The position numbers and the translations under genes are program-made. Shown here in pieces: positions 30,809 to 40,361 of a DNA stretch of 64,000 nt; the first letter of the stretch is position 1, and each line of letters opens with the position of its first letter. A model generated the notes under the pieces. The model made no database searches. It was not told the DNA's origin and saw only the letters and a program-made list of their open reading frames with translations. Source of the stretch: an uncultured Chloroflexia bacterium (GTDB taxonomy: Bacteria; Chloroflexota; Limnocylindria; Limnocylindrales; CSP1-4); the NCBI GenBank assembly GCA_963746845.1, contig CAVVCZ010000009.1, positions 32,001 to 96,000 of the forward strand. The letters run 5' to 3'.

Positions 30809-31182
30809 GCGCGTGGATCGCCCGGCACCGAGCCCATCCCCTGGCCCGGCGCCATCCCCCGCTCCTCTCCGACGAACGGCATCCCCTGCCGCTCGACCGC
30901 GTCGAGGCTCATCCGCAGCGCGGAGGTCTTCGCCTCGGCCACCTCGCGGACGTAAGCCGCCTCTTCGTCCGGCGTCATCGGCCGGCCGCGGACGATGTCC
31001 TTCGGCTTGCCGACCATCAGCCAGGCCAGGTGGTAGCGATCCATCGAGCCCCACGCCGCCGAGAGCAGGTCGTCGGACAGCTGCAGCCAGGTCTGGAGGC
31101 CCCGAAGCGTCGGTTGTGCCTGAAGCCGGTCGCCCTCCTCGACGAGCTGGCGGGTCCGTGCGATCAGCTCGTCGCGGGTCAC
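30805..31182 (-). CDS. Hypothetical protein
   Basis: GTGA overlaps at both ends. Protein-like helical sequence MTRDELIARTRQLVEEGDRL. Confidence 0.72.
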   Translation of the reverse strand: MTRDELIARTRQLVEEGDRLQAQPTLRGLQTWLQLSDDLLSAAWGSMDRYHLAWLMVGKPKDIVRGRPMTPDEEAAYVREVAEAKTSALRMSLDAVERQGMPFVGEERGMAPGQGMGSVPGDPRA

Positions 31183-32138
31183 GACGCGGCCTCCTCGCCG
31201 CGGATGAACGCCTCCCGATCCGCCCTCGCCCGGAGCGTCCACGGACCGGGCCGGCCCGCACCGATCGGCTCGCCCGCGAACCGGGTCACGGGCAGCACCC
31301 CGGCGACCGAGCTCGAGAGGAACGCCTCATCCGCCTCGGCGAGGTCGCGGACCGTGAGCCACGCCTCCTCGGGACGAAGGCCGGCGGTCGCGGCCCAGCG
31401 GAGGATCCAGTCGCGGGTCGTCCCGGGCAGGATCGCGCACGCCGGCGACGGCGTCGCGAGGACGTCGCCATGAACCAGGAAGAGGTTGGCGGACGTCGCC
31501 TCCGACAGGTAGCCGTCGATCGTGAGGAACAGGGCGTCGTCGGCGCCGGCGGTGCGCGCCTCGATCCTCGCGTGGACGTAGTCCGCACGGGACGTCGTCT
31601 TCAACGCGTTCAGCGGGCTCTCCGGGTCGCGCCGGACCGCGCTGGCGACGAGGTGGAGACCGATCTCGAGATGGGTCGTCGGCGTCGGTGGCACCGGCCA
31701 CGCCTGGACGACGATCGTCGGGGTCGGGTGCTCGTCCGGCGGGAGCAGCCCCCGGCCGAAGAAGGCCCCCCGCGAGACCGTGATCCGGACGCTGGCGTCG
31801 CCGTCGGGCCCGCCGAGGCCCTCGACGAGGATCAGCTCGTCGATCGCCCGGGCAAGGGTCGCCTCGAGGTCGTCGGGGAGCGGGATCGCGAGCCCGGCCG
31901 CGGATCGCCGCAGCCGCGCCGCGTGCTCATCCAGCTCGGTCGGGCGGGCACCGCGCGCGCGGAGCGTCTCGAACACCCCGTCGCCGAGCTGGAAACCGCG
32001 GTCGAACGCGGTCAGCACCGGCTCGTCGGCCGGCACGACGCGTCCGTCGATCCAGACGTGGCGCGGCATCGCCGACATCGGCGGCGTCGCCAGGGACGAC
32101 GGCCGTCCGCCCGGCGCGACCCGCTCCCCGCCGCTCAT
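31179..32138 (-). CDS. PLP-dependent class IV aminotransferase (probable 4-amino-4-deoxychorismate lyase)
   Basis: DRGFQLGDGVFETLR, LKTTSR, SEATSANLF, ILPGTTR and ADEAFLSSS. Directly downstream of pabB. Confidence 0.87.
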   Translation of the reverse strand: MSGGERVAPGGRPSSLATPPMSAMPRHVWIDGRVVPADEPVLTAFDRGFQLGDGVFETLRARGARPTELDEHAARLRRSAAGLAIPLPDDLEATLARAIDELILVEGLGGPDGDASVRITVSRGAFFGRGLLPPDEHPTPTIVVQAWPVPPTPTTHLEIGLHLVASAVRRDPESPLNALKTTSRADYVHARIEARTAGADDALFLTIDGYLSEATSANLFLVHGDVLATPSPACAILPGTTRDWILRWAATAGLRPEEAWLTVRDLAEADEAFLSSSVAGVLPVTRFAGEPIGAGRPGPWTLRARADREAFIRGEEAAS

Positions 32139-33670
32139 GGCAGCCCGGCCATTGGCGAGTCGTTTGATGCGATCTCGCGTCCGCCGATCGCGCCGAGCGG
32201 TCCGCGCGCCTTCGCGACGGTCTCCGCCCATTCGGCCGCAGGATCGCTCCCCCACGTGATCCCGCCACCGACGTGCAGGGTGAGCCGGGTGCCGTCGGCG
32301 ACGAGCGTGCGGATGAGGACCGACGTCGCCATCGCGCCGTCCGGCCCGATCCAGCCGAGCGCGCCGGTGTACGGGCCGCGGCGCGTCGGCTCGAGCTCGC
32401 GCAGGATCTCCATCGCCCGGATCTTCGGCGCGCCGGTGATCGATCCACCCGGGAACGACGCGACGAGGAGGTCGAACGGATCGCGGCCCGGGGCGAGCCG
32501 GCCGGTCACGGTCGAGACGAGGTGCTGGACGGCCGCGGTGCGTTCGAGCCGGCAGAGCCGCGGCACGCGGACGGTCCCGGGGCGGCAGACCCGGCCGAGA
32601 TCGTTGCGCAGGACGTCGACGATCATCACGTTCTCGGCTCGGTCCTTGGCCGAGTGGAGCAGCTCTCGAGCCAGCGCCCGATCCTCGTCCCGGGTCCGGC
32701 CGCGCGGTCGGGTGCCCTTGATCGGGTCGGTCGAGACGCGGCCGTCGCGGGTCGCCGCGAGGAACGGCTCGGGGGATGCCGACAGGATCGCCCGCGGGCG
32801 CGCCGGCGCCGTCCCGCGCACGGAACGATGACCCGGCGCCCCGCTCCCCAGGTCCAGCCACGCCGAGAACAGCGCCGGATCGCCCGTCCGGAGGCGCCGG
32901 TAGAGCGGCCACGGATCGCCGTCGAACGGCGTCGACAGCCGCCGCGTGAGGTTCGCCTGGTAGATCTGGCCGCGCGCGATCCGGTCGCGGATCGTCTCGA
33001 CGCCGGCCTCATACGCTTGCCTGTCCAGCGACGACACGAACGCGAGATCGATCGGGGCATCGTCGGCACCGGAGGACGGACCGCGCGTCGCCGTCCCGAT
33101 CCGGATGCGCTCACGGACCTCGGCCAGGCGCCGGTCCAGGCGGTGGCCGTCCCCGTCGAGCGCCCGGCCCGCCAGCCACGCCCGCCCGGTCCGACGGTCC
33201 CAGGCGATCGTCCAGTCGTGCAGGGCGAGCCGGAGCGGCGGCAGGTCCTGGTCGTCGGGCGCCGGCTCCGGCAGCCGCTCCAGCAGGTCGCCGAGCTCGT
33301 ACCCGAGAAACCCGACGAGGCCGCCCAGGAACGGCGGAACGTCCGCGTTCGTCGTCTCGCCGGCGTTCGGCGTCTGGCTCGTGTCCGCCGGCGTCACGGG
33401 ATCCGCCGCCAGACGCGCGAGGAGCCGACGCGCGACGGCGAACGGGTCGGCGCCGGCGGCGGGCTCCGTCAGGACCGCGACCGGGTCGGCGGTGAGATAG
33501 CTCCACCGGGCATTCCGGCCGGGCCGGGCGCTCTCCAGGAGCGCCAGACCGGGCAGGTCGCGGAACGTCTCCGCGACATCGATCGGGCGGGCGGCCGCCA
33601 CCTCGGGCAGCGGCACGAGCCGGACGCGGCTGGGCGGTGCCGCGGAACGCTCGCCCGGGACGTGGATCAC
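32135..33670 (-). CDS. pabB: Aminodeoxychorismate synthase component I
   Basis: ALLESA, GGLVGFLGYE, YQANLT, SASPEPF, PIKGTRPR, KDRAENVMIVDVLRNDLG and FPGGSITGAPK. Confidence 0.88.
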   Translation of the reverse strand: MIHVPGERSAAPPSRVRLVPLPEVAAARPIDVAETFRDLPGLALLESARPGRNARWSYLTADPVAVLTEPAAGADPFAVARRLLARLAADPVTPADTSQTPNAGETTNADVPPFLGGLVGFLGYELGDLLERLPEPAPDDQDLPPLRLALHDWTIAWDRRTGRAWLAGRALDGDGHRLDRRLAEVRERIRIGTATRGPSSGADDAPIDLAFVSSLDRQAYEAGVETIRDRIARGQIYQANLTRRLSTPFDGDPWPLYRRLRTGDPALFSAWLDLGSGAPGHRSVRGTAPARPRAILSASPEPFLAATRDGRVSTDPIKGTRPRGRTRDEDRALARELLHSAKDRAENVMIVDVLRNDLGRVCRPGTVRVPRLCRLERTAAVQHLVSTVTGRLAPGRDPFDLLVASFPGGSITGAPKIRAMEILRELEPTRRGPYTGALGWIGPDGAMATSVLIRTLVADGTRLTLHVGGGITWGSDPAAEWAETVAKARGPLGAIGGREIASNDSPMAGLP

Positions 33671-33742
33671 CCGGCGATGATAGGGACCGAAGGCCTGTCG
33701 GGTGATCGAGCGCGCGGCCCGTGGCCAGAGGAGAACGCCCAC

Positions 33743-34906
33743 GTGCGAGCACGAGACCTGGGGATCGTCATCGGCCATGGCCTGCCCGGGCCGTCCAACG
33801 CGATCACGGACGTCGCCGGCGTGCGGGTCGGACACACGACGCTCGTCGTCGGCGACGGACCACTGGTCGTCGGGACCGGCCCGGTCCGGACCGGCGTGAC
33901 GATGGTCATCCCCCACGACGGCGACATCTGGACCGAGCCCGTCTACGCCGGGAGCCATCGCCTGAATGGCAACGGTGAGCTGACGGGACTCGAGTGGATC
34001 CGCGAGGCGGGTCACCTCACCGGCCCGATCGGGATCACGAACACCCACTCGGTCGGGGTCGTCCGCGACGGGATCATCCGGAGCGCCGTCCGGAAGGTGC
34101 CATTCGGCACGTCGTACTGGGCGCTGCCGGTCGTGGGCGAGACGTGGGACGGGCTGCTCAACGACATCGACGGCTTCCACGTCACCGCCGACCACGTCGA
34201 CGCCGCGCTGGCCGCGGCGACCGGCGGCGCCGTCCAGGAGGGAGGCGTCGGCGGCGGGACAGGCATGGTCTGCCACGAGTTCAAGGGCGGGATCGGGACC
34301 GCGTCGCGGGTCGTCTCCGCCGAGTGGGGCGGCTTCACGGTCGGCGTGCTCGTCCAGGCGAACTACGGCCGGCGCGACCTGCTCCGCGTCGACGGTGTCC
34401 CGGTCGGCGAGGCGATCCCGGCGACGGAGGTCCCGAGCCCATACACCGGCACCCCCCACGACGATGACGAGGCGCCGGCGCCGGCGCCCCGGTCCGGTTC
34501 GATCATCGTCATCGTCGCGACGGACGCCCCGCTGCTCCCCCACCAGTGCGAGCGCCTCGCCCAGCGTGCGGGTCTCGGCATCGCCCGGGCTGGCGGGACC
34601 GGCGCCCACTCGAGCGGCGACCTGTTCCTGTGTTTCGCGACGGGCAACCGGAGCTTGCCCCGGACGACGTTCCGGTCCGATCCGCGGCTCGCCGCCGACA
34701 TCCGTGTCCTGAACGACTTCGCGATCGGGCCGCTGTTCGACGCGACGATCGAGGCGACCGAGGAAGCGATCCTCAACGCGCTCGTCGGCGCGTCAACGAT
34801 GACCGGGCGGGACGGGATCACCGCGTACGCCCTGCCGCACGACCGACTCCTCGAGACGATGGCGCGGTTCGGGCGGCCCGCGCGGCCCGATCGAACGGCA
34901 GCCTGA
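33743..34906 (+). CDS. P1/S58 family peptidase (DmpA-like)
   Basis: NAITDVAGVRVGHTT, NGNGELTG, PVVGETWDG and the GSIIVIVATDAP autocleavage site. GAGGAG RBS. Confidence 0.92.
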   Translation: MRARDLGIVIGHGLPGPSNAITDVAGVRVGHTTLVVGDGPLVVGTGPVRTGVTMVIPHDGDIWTEPVYAGSHRLNGNGELTGLEWIREAGHLTGPIGITNTHSVGVVRDGIIRSAVRKVPFGTSYWALPVVGETWDGLLNDIDGFHVTADHVDAALAAATGGAVQEGGVGGGTGMVCHEFKGGIGTASRVVSAEWGGFTVGVLVQANYGRRDLLRVDGVPVGEAIPATEVPSPYTGTPHDDDEAPAPAPRSGSIIVIVATDAPLLPHQCERLAQRAGLGIARAGGTGAHSSGDLFLCFATGNRSLPRTTFRSDPRLAADIRVLNDFAIGPLFDATIEATEEAILNALVGASTMTGRDGITAYALPHDRLLETMARFGRPARPDRTAA

Positions 34907-34911
34907 CGCCG

Positions 34912-35772
34912 ATGGGGGGAGCGACCGTCGACATCCGCGTGGCGAGCGAGGACGACCTGCCGGCGATCCGGGCGATCCTGGCCGCCCACGGCAACGACGG
35001 CGCCATCGTCAACGCCGACATCGTCGGCCCGTACCTGCGGCACCTGATGACCCGCGGTCGCGCCCGCGTCGCGGTCGAGGGCGAGGACGTGATCGGATTC
35101 GGGGCGACGATCGACACCGGTCCGGCGGTCCACCTCGCCGACCTGTTCGTGCGCAAGGAAAGACTCGGCCAGGGGATCGGCCGGCCGCTGCTCGCGGAAT
35201 CATTCGGCGACGCCGAGCGCCGGACGACCTTCGCCTCGGACGACCCGCGAGCCCTCCCGATCTACGTCCGGGCCGGGATGCGACCATGGTGGGCGAGCCT
35301 GTATGTCGAAGGCCCGGCGGAGCGGATCCCGCCGGCACCGCCGGCGCTCACGACGCGACCCGCGACGGCCGACGAGCTCGCGACGATCGAGACAGGCTGG
35401 ACCGGCCACGACCGCCTCGCCGATTGGCGGCATTGGACGACCCAGGCCGGCGCCGACAACTTCACCGTCCTGGACGGCGGTGACCTCGTCGCGATCGCGA
35501 CGGCACGGGTCCGCCAGGCGAGCCCGGTGCGGGTCCTCAATCGGCTGGTCGTCCATCCGGATGCGGGCGTGGACCCCGTGCCGGTGACGCTCGCGGCGAT
35601 CGCCCGGTCCGGCCAGAGCGGGATCGTCCTGTCGTGCATCCAGGGACCCAGCCCGGTCCTCCGGCCGCTCCTCGACCTCGGGTTCCGGATCGCGGATCGC
35701 GACCAGTTCCTCGCCAGCGAGCCCGGCCTCGTCGATCCGGCCCGCCTGATCCCGAACCCGGGGATGCTCTAG
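34912..35772 (+). CDS. GNAT family acetyltransferase (probably tandem domain)
   Basis: LADLFVRKERLGQGIGRPLL and ALPIYVRAGMRP. Confidence 0.85.
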   Translation: MGGATVDIRVASEDDLPAIRAILAAHGNDGAIVNADIVGPYLRHLMTRGRARVAVEGEDVIGFGATIDTGPAVHLADLFVRKERLGQGIGRPLLAESFGDAERRTTFASDDPRALPIYVRAGMRPWWASLYVEGPAERIPPAPPALTTRPATADELATIETGWTGHDRLADWRHWTTQAGADNFTVLDGGDLVAIATARVRQASPVRVLNRLVVHPDAGVDPVPVTLAAIARSGQSGIVLSCIQGPSPVLRPLLDLGFRIADRDQFLASEPGLVDPARLIPNPGML

Positions 35773-38700
35773 GACTCCCCCAACCCGGCGCGGGCCGCGA
35801 TAGCGGCGGCTTCGACCCGGCTCGACACGCCGAGCTTCCCGAGGATGTTCGAGACGTGGACGCCGACGGTGCTCTCGCTGATGAACAGCGTCTCGCCGAT
35901 CTGCCGGTTCGAACGCCCGTCGACGACCTGGAGCAGGACCTCGAGCTCGCGCACCGTGAGCCCGAACGGCCGCGCGGCGGGACCCTTGGCGGCGATCGTC
36001 GTCGTCGCGCCCGATCCGCCGCTCGCCGTGGCTGGTTCGAGCTCGATCCGGGCCGCCCGCGCCAGAAGCTCGATGGACTGGACGAGCGGCAACGCGCCGA
36101 GCCGCGCCGCGATGGCGTGCGCCTCGCGCAGCTCGTCCGTCGCCTCCGAGCGCGATCCGCGCGTCGCGAGGGTCGCCTGGGCGAGCCGTTCGAGGCACCA
36201 GGCGAGGCGGAACGGCTGACCGATCCCGCGCCACTGCGCCACGGCGGTTCGCCACGCATCCGGGTCCGCCTCACCGGTCAGGCTCGGGGCTTCAGCCTCG
36301 GCGATCGCGAGGAATCCCCGCGCCAGCTCGGCCAGGTGATCGGTCCGGGAGGAGATCGGGTCCACGAAGGCCCGAAGACGCCCGAGGATCGCGCGTCCCG
36401 CAACCTGCGCCGCTGCCTCCTCGTCGGGCCGACGGCGCGCCCGGGCCGTCGTCGCCAGCTCGACCAGGCCGATCAGCGCGAGCGACAGGAGCTCCGGCCT
36501 GCGGCGGATGTCCTGCGTGTCGGACATCCGGTCGATCCCCTCCTCGACCACGCGCTCGACCTCCTCGGGACGGCGATCGTGCAGGGCCAGCTCGGCGAGC
36601 CCGATGTACATGGGTCCGGTGAACTGGGCGTCGCGGAGCGGCTGGATCGTGTCGTAGACGGCGTGGAGCAGGCGCCGGGCCTCCTCCGGCCGGCCGCTCC
36701 ACAGGGCGAGGGGCGCGGCCACGATGGCCAGGTTCAATCGTCCGACACCCTCCGTCGCCGGGTCGCCCTCGAATGCGACCAGCGGGCGCGCTTCCTCCCA
36801 GCGGCCCAGGTCGACCAGGGCGGACGCGGCATTGGCCTCGAGGAATGCGCCCTGGAGCCGCCACATCCCGAGCCTCCGGGCCCACCCAACGCCCTCCATC
36901 GCCACGGCGACGGCCTCCTCCGGCCGTCCGGCGTCCTGGAGCACCGTCGACAGGTTGGAGAACGCCCGGTGCAGATCGTGGGCCCGCTCGATCTCGAGTG
37001 TCCGATCCATCGCCTCGCGCAGGATCCGGATTCCGGCCTCCATGTCCCCGAGCTCGGCCGTCGCGACCCCGAGCGTGTTCAACGCGTACGCCTCGACGTC
37101 GCGAGCGCCGACGCTGCGGGCCATCCCCACGGCCTGCTCGGCGTGGCGGGCCGCCGAGGAGAACTGGTCCTTGACCATGTGGATCCCGGCCAGCCCGGAG
37201 TAGACGCGAGCGGCCTCCGCCGAGGGAGGGAGGCCCGCGAGGAGGCCGACCGCGTCGTCGAGGACGCGGATCGCCCCGGGCAGATCGGCGGACAGCCACA
37301 GCGCGCGGCCGAGCCGCTCGCGGAGGAGCGCCGCGCGCAGCGGGTCCGTCGCTGCGTCGAAGCGATCGACGGCGGTCCGCGCGATCTCGGCGGCGCGAGC
37401 CGAGTCGCCCGTGTGGATCAGCGCCATCGACGCCTCGTACATGAGCTGGATCGGATCCACGTCCGCCGGCCGACTCGACTCGTCCACGGCGTCCCACAGG
37501 TCGAGGGCGCGCTCGTAGGCGAGCGCGGATTCGGCCATCGCGTAGGCACGGGCGTTGGCCCGCGCCGCGTCGATCCACGAGCGGAGGGCGCGGACGACGT
37601 CGTGCGCGGCCGTGGCGTGGTGGGCGAGCGCGGACAGCTGGCTGGCGCCGGCCGCACCGTCCGGGACCGGGCGGCGCTCGAGCGTGGAGACATACCCGGC
37701 GTGCCAGGCACGACGCTCCCGCGGTAACAGGTCGTCGTAGACCGCCTCCTGGACGAGGGCATGGCGGAACCCGTAGCCGGGCTGACCATCGAGATCGACC
37801 GGCACGATCAGCTGGGCCTCGACCGCTTCGCGCAGCGCCGCGGTGAGCTCCGCCTCGTCGCGATCGGCGACGTCCGCAAGCACGTCGTGGTCGACCGTCG
37901 GACCCGAGACGGCGGCGATGCCGAGCACCTCCTGGCTTCGGTCGGACAGGCCGCCGACGCGGGCGAGCAGGACGTCGCGGAGATCGTCCGGGAGACGCCG
38001 TGGGTCCGCGCCGGCCCCGCACGCGATCAGCTCCTCGACGAAGAAGGGGTTGCCGCTCGTGCGGCGATGGATCGATTCGAGCAGGTCCGGGCTCGGTGGC
38101 GCCTCGAGGATCGCCTCGATCTGGCGGCGCAGCTCCCCGGCGTCGAACCGTTGCAGCTCCAGCCGGCGGACCTGCGGCAGACGCTCCATCTCGGCGAGCC
38201 ACGGCCGGAGCGGGTGGCGCCGGTGGAGCTCGTCCGTCCGGTACGTCGCGATGATCGCGACCCGTTCGTGTCGGGCGTTCCGGGCGAGGAACGCGAGGAT
38301 GTCGCGGGTGGATCGGTCAGCCCAGTGGAGGTCCTCGAGCACGAGGAGCGTCGGAGCCCGCTCGCCCAGTCGCCCGACGAGCGTCAGGAGGCCCTCGAAC
38401 AGCCGGGTCTGTGCCCAATCGGGGCGGGCGTTGAGCCATGGGCCTTCGTCCGGCGTGCCGCCGAGCTCGGGAACGAGTCGGGCGAGCTCGGACGTCGAGT
38501 CGTCGACGAGGCCCGCCAGATGATCCCTGCCGACCTCGCGGATCAGTGCCCGGAGGGCGGAGGCGATCGGCGCGAACGGAAGCGCCTCGTCGTTACCCAG
38601 GCTGACGCAGGCCCCTTCGAGGGCGATCACCCCTCGGGCGCGGGCGCGCCCGATCAGCTCGTCGAGGAGCCGGGTCTTGCCGATCCCGGCCTCGCCGCCG

Positions 38701-38882
38701 ACGAGCACCGTCGCGGCGGTTCCGGCCGCGGCGCCATCGAGCGCCTCGATCAGCTCGTCGACTTCCTCGTCCCGCCCGATGAACACCGGGCTCGTCACCC
38801 GCTGGAGCACGGGCTCGATCATAGGCGCCGGATCGTCGGCGTCCAGCGGGGGCGCGAGCGCCGCCTCGAGGACGTGGCTCAC
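35769..38882 (-). CDS. LAL-type LuxR regulator (AAA ATPase, TPR-like region, LuxR HTH)
   Basis: FIGRDEE, GEAGIGKTRL, EDLHWAD, GNPFFVEEL, and C-terminal LTVRELEVL...SNRQIGETLFISESTVGVHVSNILGKLGV. Confidence 0.93.
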   Translation of the reverse strand: MSHVLEAALAPPLDADDPAPMIEPVLQRVTSPVFIGRDEEVDELIEALDGAAAGTAATVLVGGEAGIGKTRLLDELIGRARARGVIALEGACVSLGNDEALPFAPIASALRALIREVGRDHLAGLVDDSTSELARLVPELGGTPDEGPWLNARPDWAQTRLFEGLLTLVGRLGERAPTLLVLEDLHWADRSTRDILAFLARNARHERVAIIATYRTDELHRRHPLRPWLAEMERLPQVRRLELQRFDAGELRRQIEAILEAPPSPDLLESIHRRTSGNPFFVEELIACGAGADPRRLPDDLRDVLLARVGGLSDRSQEVLGIAAVSGPTVDHDVLADVADRDEAELTAALREAVEAQLIVPVDLDGQPGYGFRHALVQEAVYDDLLPRERRAWHAGYVSTLERRPVPDGAAGASQLSALAHHATAAHDVVRALRSWIDAARANARAYAMAESALAYERALDLWDAVDESSRPADVDPIQLMYEASMALIHTGDSARAAEIARTAVDRFDAATDPLRAALLRERLGRALWLSADLPGAIRVLDDAVGLLAGLPPSAEAARVYSGLAGIHMVKDQFSSAARHAEQAVGMARSVGARDVEAYALNTLGVATAELGDMEAGIRILREAMDRTLEIERAHDLHRAFSNLSTVLQDAGRPEEAVAVAMEGVGWARRLGMWRLQGAFLEANAASALVDLGRWEEARPLVAFEGDPATEGVGRLNLAIVAAPLALWSGRPEEARRLLHAVYDTIQPLRDAQFTGPMYIGLAELALHDRRPEEVERVVEEGIDRMSDTQDIRRRPELLSLALIGLVELATTARARRRPDEEAAAQVAGRAILGRLRAFVDPISSRTDHLAELARGFLAIAEAEAPSLTGEADPDAWRTAVAQWRGIGQPFRLAWCLERLAQATLATRGSRSEATDELREAHAIAARLGALPLVQSIELLARAARIELEPATASGGSGATTTIAAKGPAARPFGLTVRELEVLLQVVDGRSNRQIGETLFISESTVGVHVSNILGKLGVSSRVEAAAIAARAGLGES

Positions 38883-39085
38883 GCGGCGGCGGGCCGACGG
38901 CCGGTCCGCCGGACGAGCGCCGCCAGCCGGGTCCTGACCGTCGGCCGACCGCGGAGCGACGCCGCGGTCGCCGGTCCTGCGGGATGGGCGGGTCGAGCCG
39001 TGTGGGCCAGCCGCTCACGGCTCGCCTCCTCGCGTCCCGCATCCAGCTGCAGGTTGATGAACATCAGTCGGGCCATCCCGTCCAT
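38879..39085 (-). CDS. Small hypothetical protein coupled to the LAL regulator
   Basis: GAAGGAGG RBS. Stop overlaps the regulator GTG (GTGA). Confidence 0.6.
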   Translation of the reverse strand: MDGMARLMFINLQLDAGREEASRERLAHTARPAHPAGPATAASLRGRPTVRTRLAALVRRTGRRPAAA

Positions 39086-39214
39086 CGGTCCCTCCTTCGC
39101 ATGGCGTGTCCAGTCACGACGGTAGGAGCCGACGAACGAGCTGCCATCCTTCGTCCTTCGAGTTCTGCGGTCGGCCGGCCTTTAGTTCCGGATCCTGACC
39201 CTTCAGGACGCACA

Positions 39215-39247
39215 AACGCCCCGACCGCGAATCGCGATCGGGGCGTT
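39215..39247 (-). terminator. Probable intrinsic terminator of the sulfurtransferase gene
   Basis: 10-bp stem AACGCCCCGA/TCGGGGCGTT. On the minus strand the stem ends in GTTTGTG. Confidence 0.6.
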
Positions 39248-39310
39248 GAGCGCGACAGCCGGTGACGTCGCCACGGGCCGCGACTGCGCTCGTCCAGCCG
39301 CGACAGCCGA

Positions 39311-40171
39311 TCAGGCAGGCACAGCCACGGGCCGTTCGATGGGCATCCCGACCATGCTGCCCCACTCGGTCCAGCTGCCGTCGTAATTGCGGACCCGCTG
39401 GTAGCCGAGCAGCTCGTGGAGGACGAACCACGAGTGCGAGCTGCGCTCGCCGATCCGGCAGTACGCGACGACGTCCTTGTCGGGCGTGACGCCCTTCGCC
39501 TCGTACAGGTCGGCCAGCTCGTCGCGGCTCTTGAACGTGCCGTCCTCGCGGACCGTCTGGGCCCACGGGATGCTCGCGGCTCCGGGGATATGACCGGCCC
39601 GCTGGGCCGTCTCGGTCATGCCGGGCGGGGCGATGATCTCGCCCGCGAACTCGGCCGGGCTGCGCACGTCGACGAGGGCGAAGTCGCCGTCGCCGAGCCG
39701 CGGCAGGATGTCCTTCTGGAACGCCCGCAACGCGAAGTCCGGCTCCGGCAGCGCGTAACCGGTCGAGGCGTAGGCCGGGACGTCGGTCGTCAGCGGCAGC
39801 CCGTTGTCGAGCCAGTACTTGCGACCGCCGTCGAGAATCCGGACGTCGTCGTGGCCGAACAGCTTCAGCTGCCAGTACGCCCAGGCGGCGAACCAGTTGT
39901 TGTTGTCGCCGTACAGGACGATCGTGGTGTCGCGGTCGATCCCGCTCGTGCGGAGGAGCTGCTCGAACTCCTCGCGCGATGCGATGTCGCGGCGGATGCC
40001 GTCGGCGAGCTGGCTCGTCCAGTTCCAGCCGACCGCGCCGGGCAGGTGGCTCTGGTCGTAGGCGGTCGTGTCGACATCGACCTCGACGAAGCGGACGTTC
40101 GGGTCCGAGAGATGGGCCTGGGCCCAGGCGGCGTCCACGAGGACGTCGGTGGCGTAGCCGGGAACGGTCAT
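39311..40171 (-). CDS. Tandem rhodanese thiosulfate sulfurtransferase (CysA/SseA-like)
   Basis: VLYGDNNNWFAA, LDGGRKYW, GHIPGA, active-site YCRIGERSS and NYDGSWTEW. GAGGAG RBS. Confidence 0.95.
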   Translation of the reverse strand: MTVPGYATDVLVDAAWAQAHLSDPNVRFVEVDVDTTAYDQSHLPGAVGWNWTSQLADGIRRDIASREEFEQLLRTSGIDRDTTIVLYGDNNNWFAAWAYWQLKLFGHDDVRILDGGRKYWLDNGLPLTTDVPAYASTGYALPEPDFALRAFQKDILPRLGDGDFALVDVRSPAEFAGEIIAPPGMTETAQRAGHIPGAASIPWAQTVREDGTFKSRDELADLYEAKGVTPDKDVVAYCRIGERSSHSWFVLHELLGYQRVRNYDGSWTEWGSMVGMPIERPVAVPA

Positions 40172-40321
40172 CTGCGGTGCTCCTCTCGATCGGGTGGCCA
40201 CCCGCGACGCGGGCGGCAGGGACTCAGGGGAAGGATCGATCCGGATCAGGTGTCCGCCATCGGGGGATCGGGGGAGATGGACGGCGGTCGACCCTTCAGA
40301 TCTGGGGGTCGCGGGCGACGA

Positions 40322-40357
40322 TCAGGTGGATCGAGCCCGCCGAAGACACGCGCACAT
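40322..40357 (-). CDS. Candidate Cys-containing leader peptide MCACLRRARST
   Basis: ATG TGC GCG TGT CTT...TGA, preceded by GAGGGG. Hairpins lie between it and the rhodanese RBS. Confidence 0.35.
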   Translation of the reverse strand: MCACLRRARST

Positions 40358-40361
40358 CGGG

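Noticed and set aside
32273-34906. 877-aa peptidase and 824-aa PabB with long N-terminal extensions in the ORF track
   Set aside because: The extensions overlap the divergent neighbour. RBS and -10 signals place the starts at 33743 and 33670.
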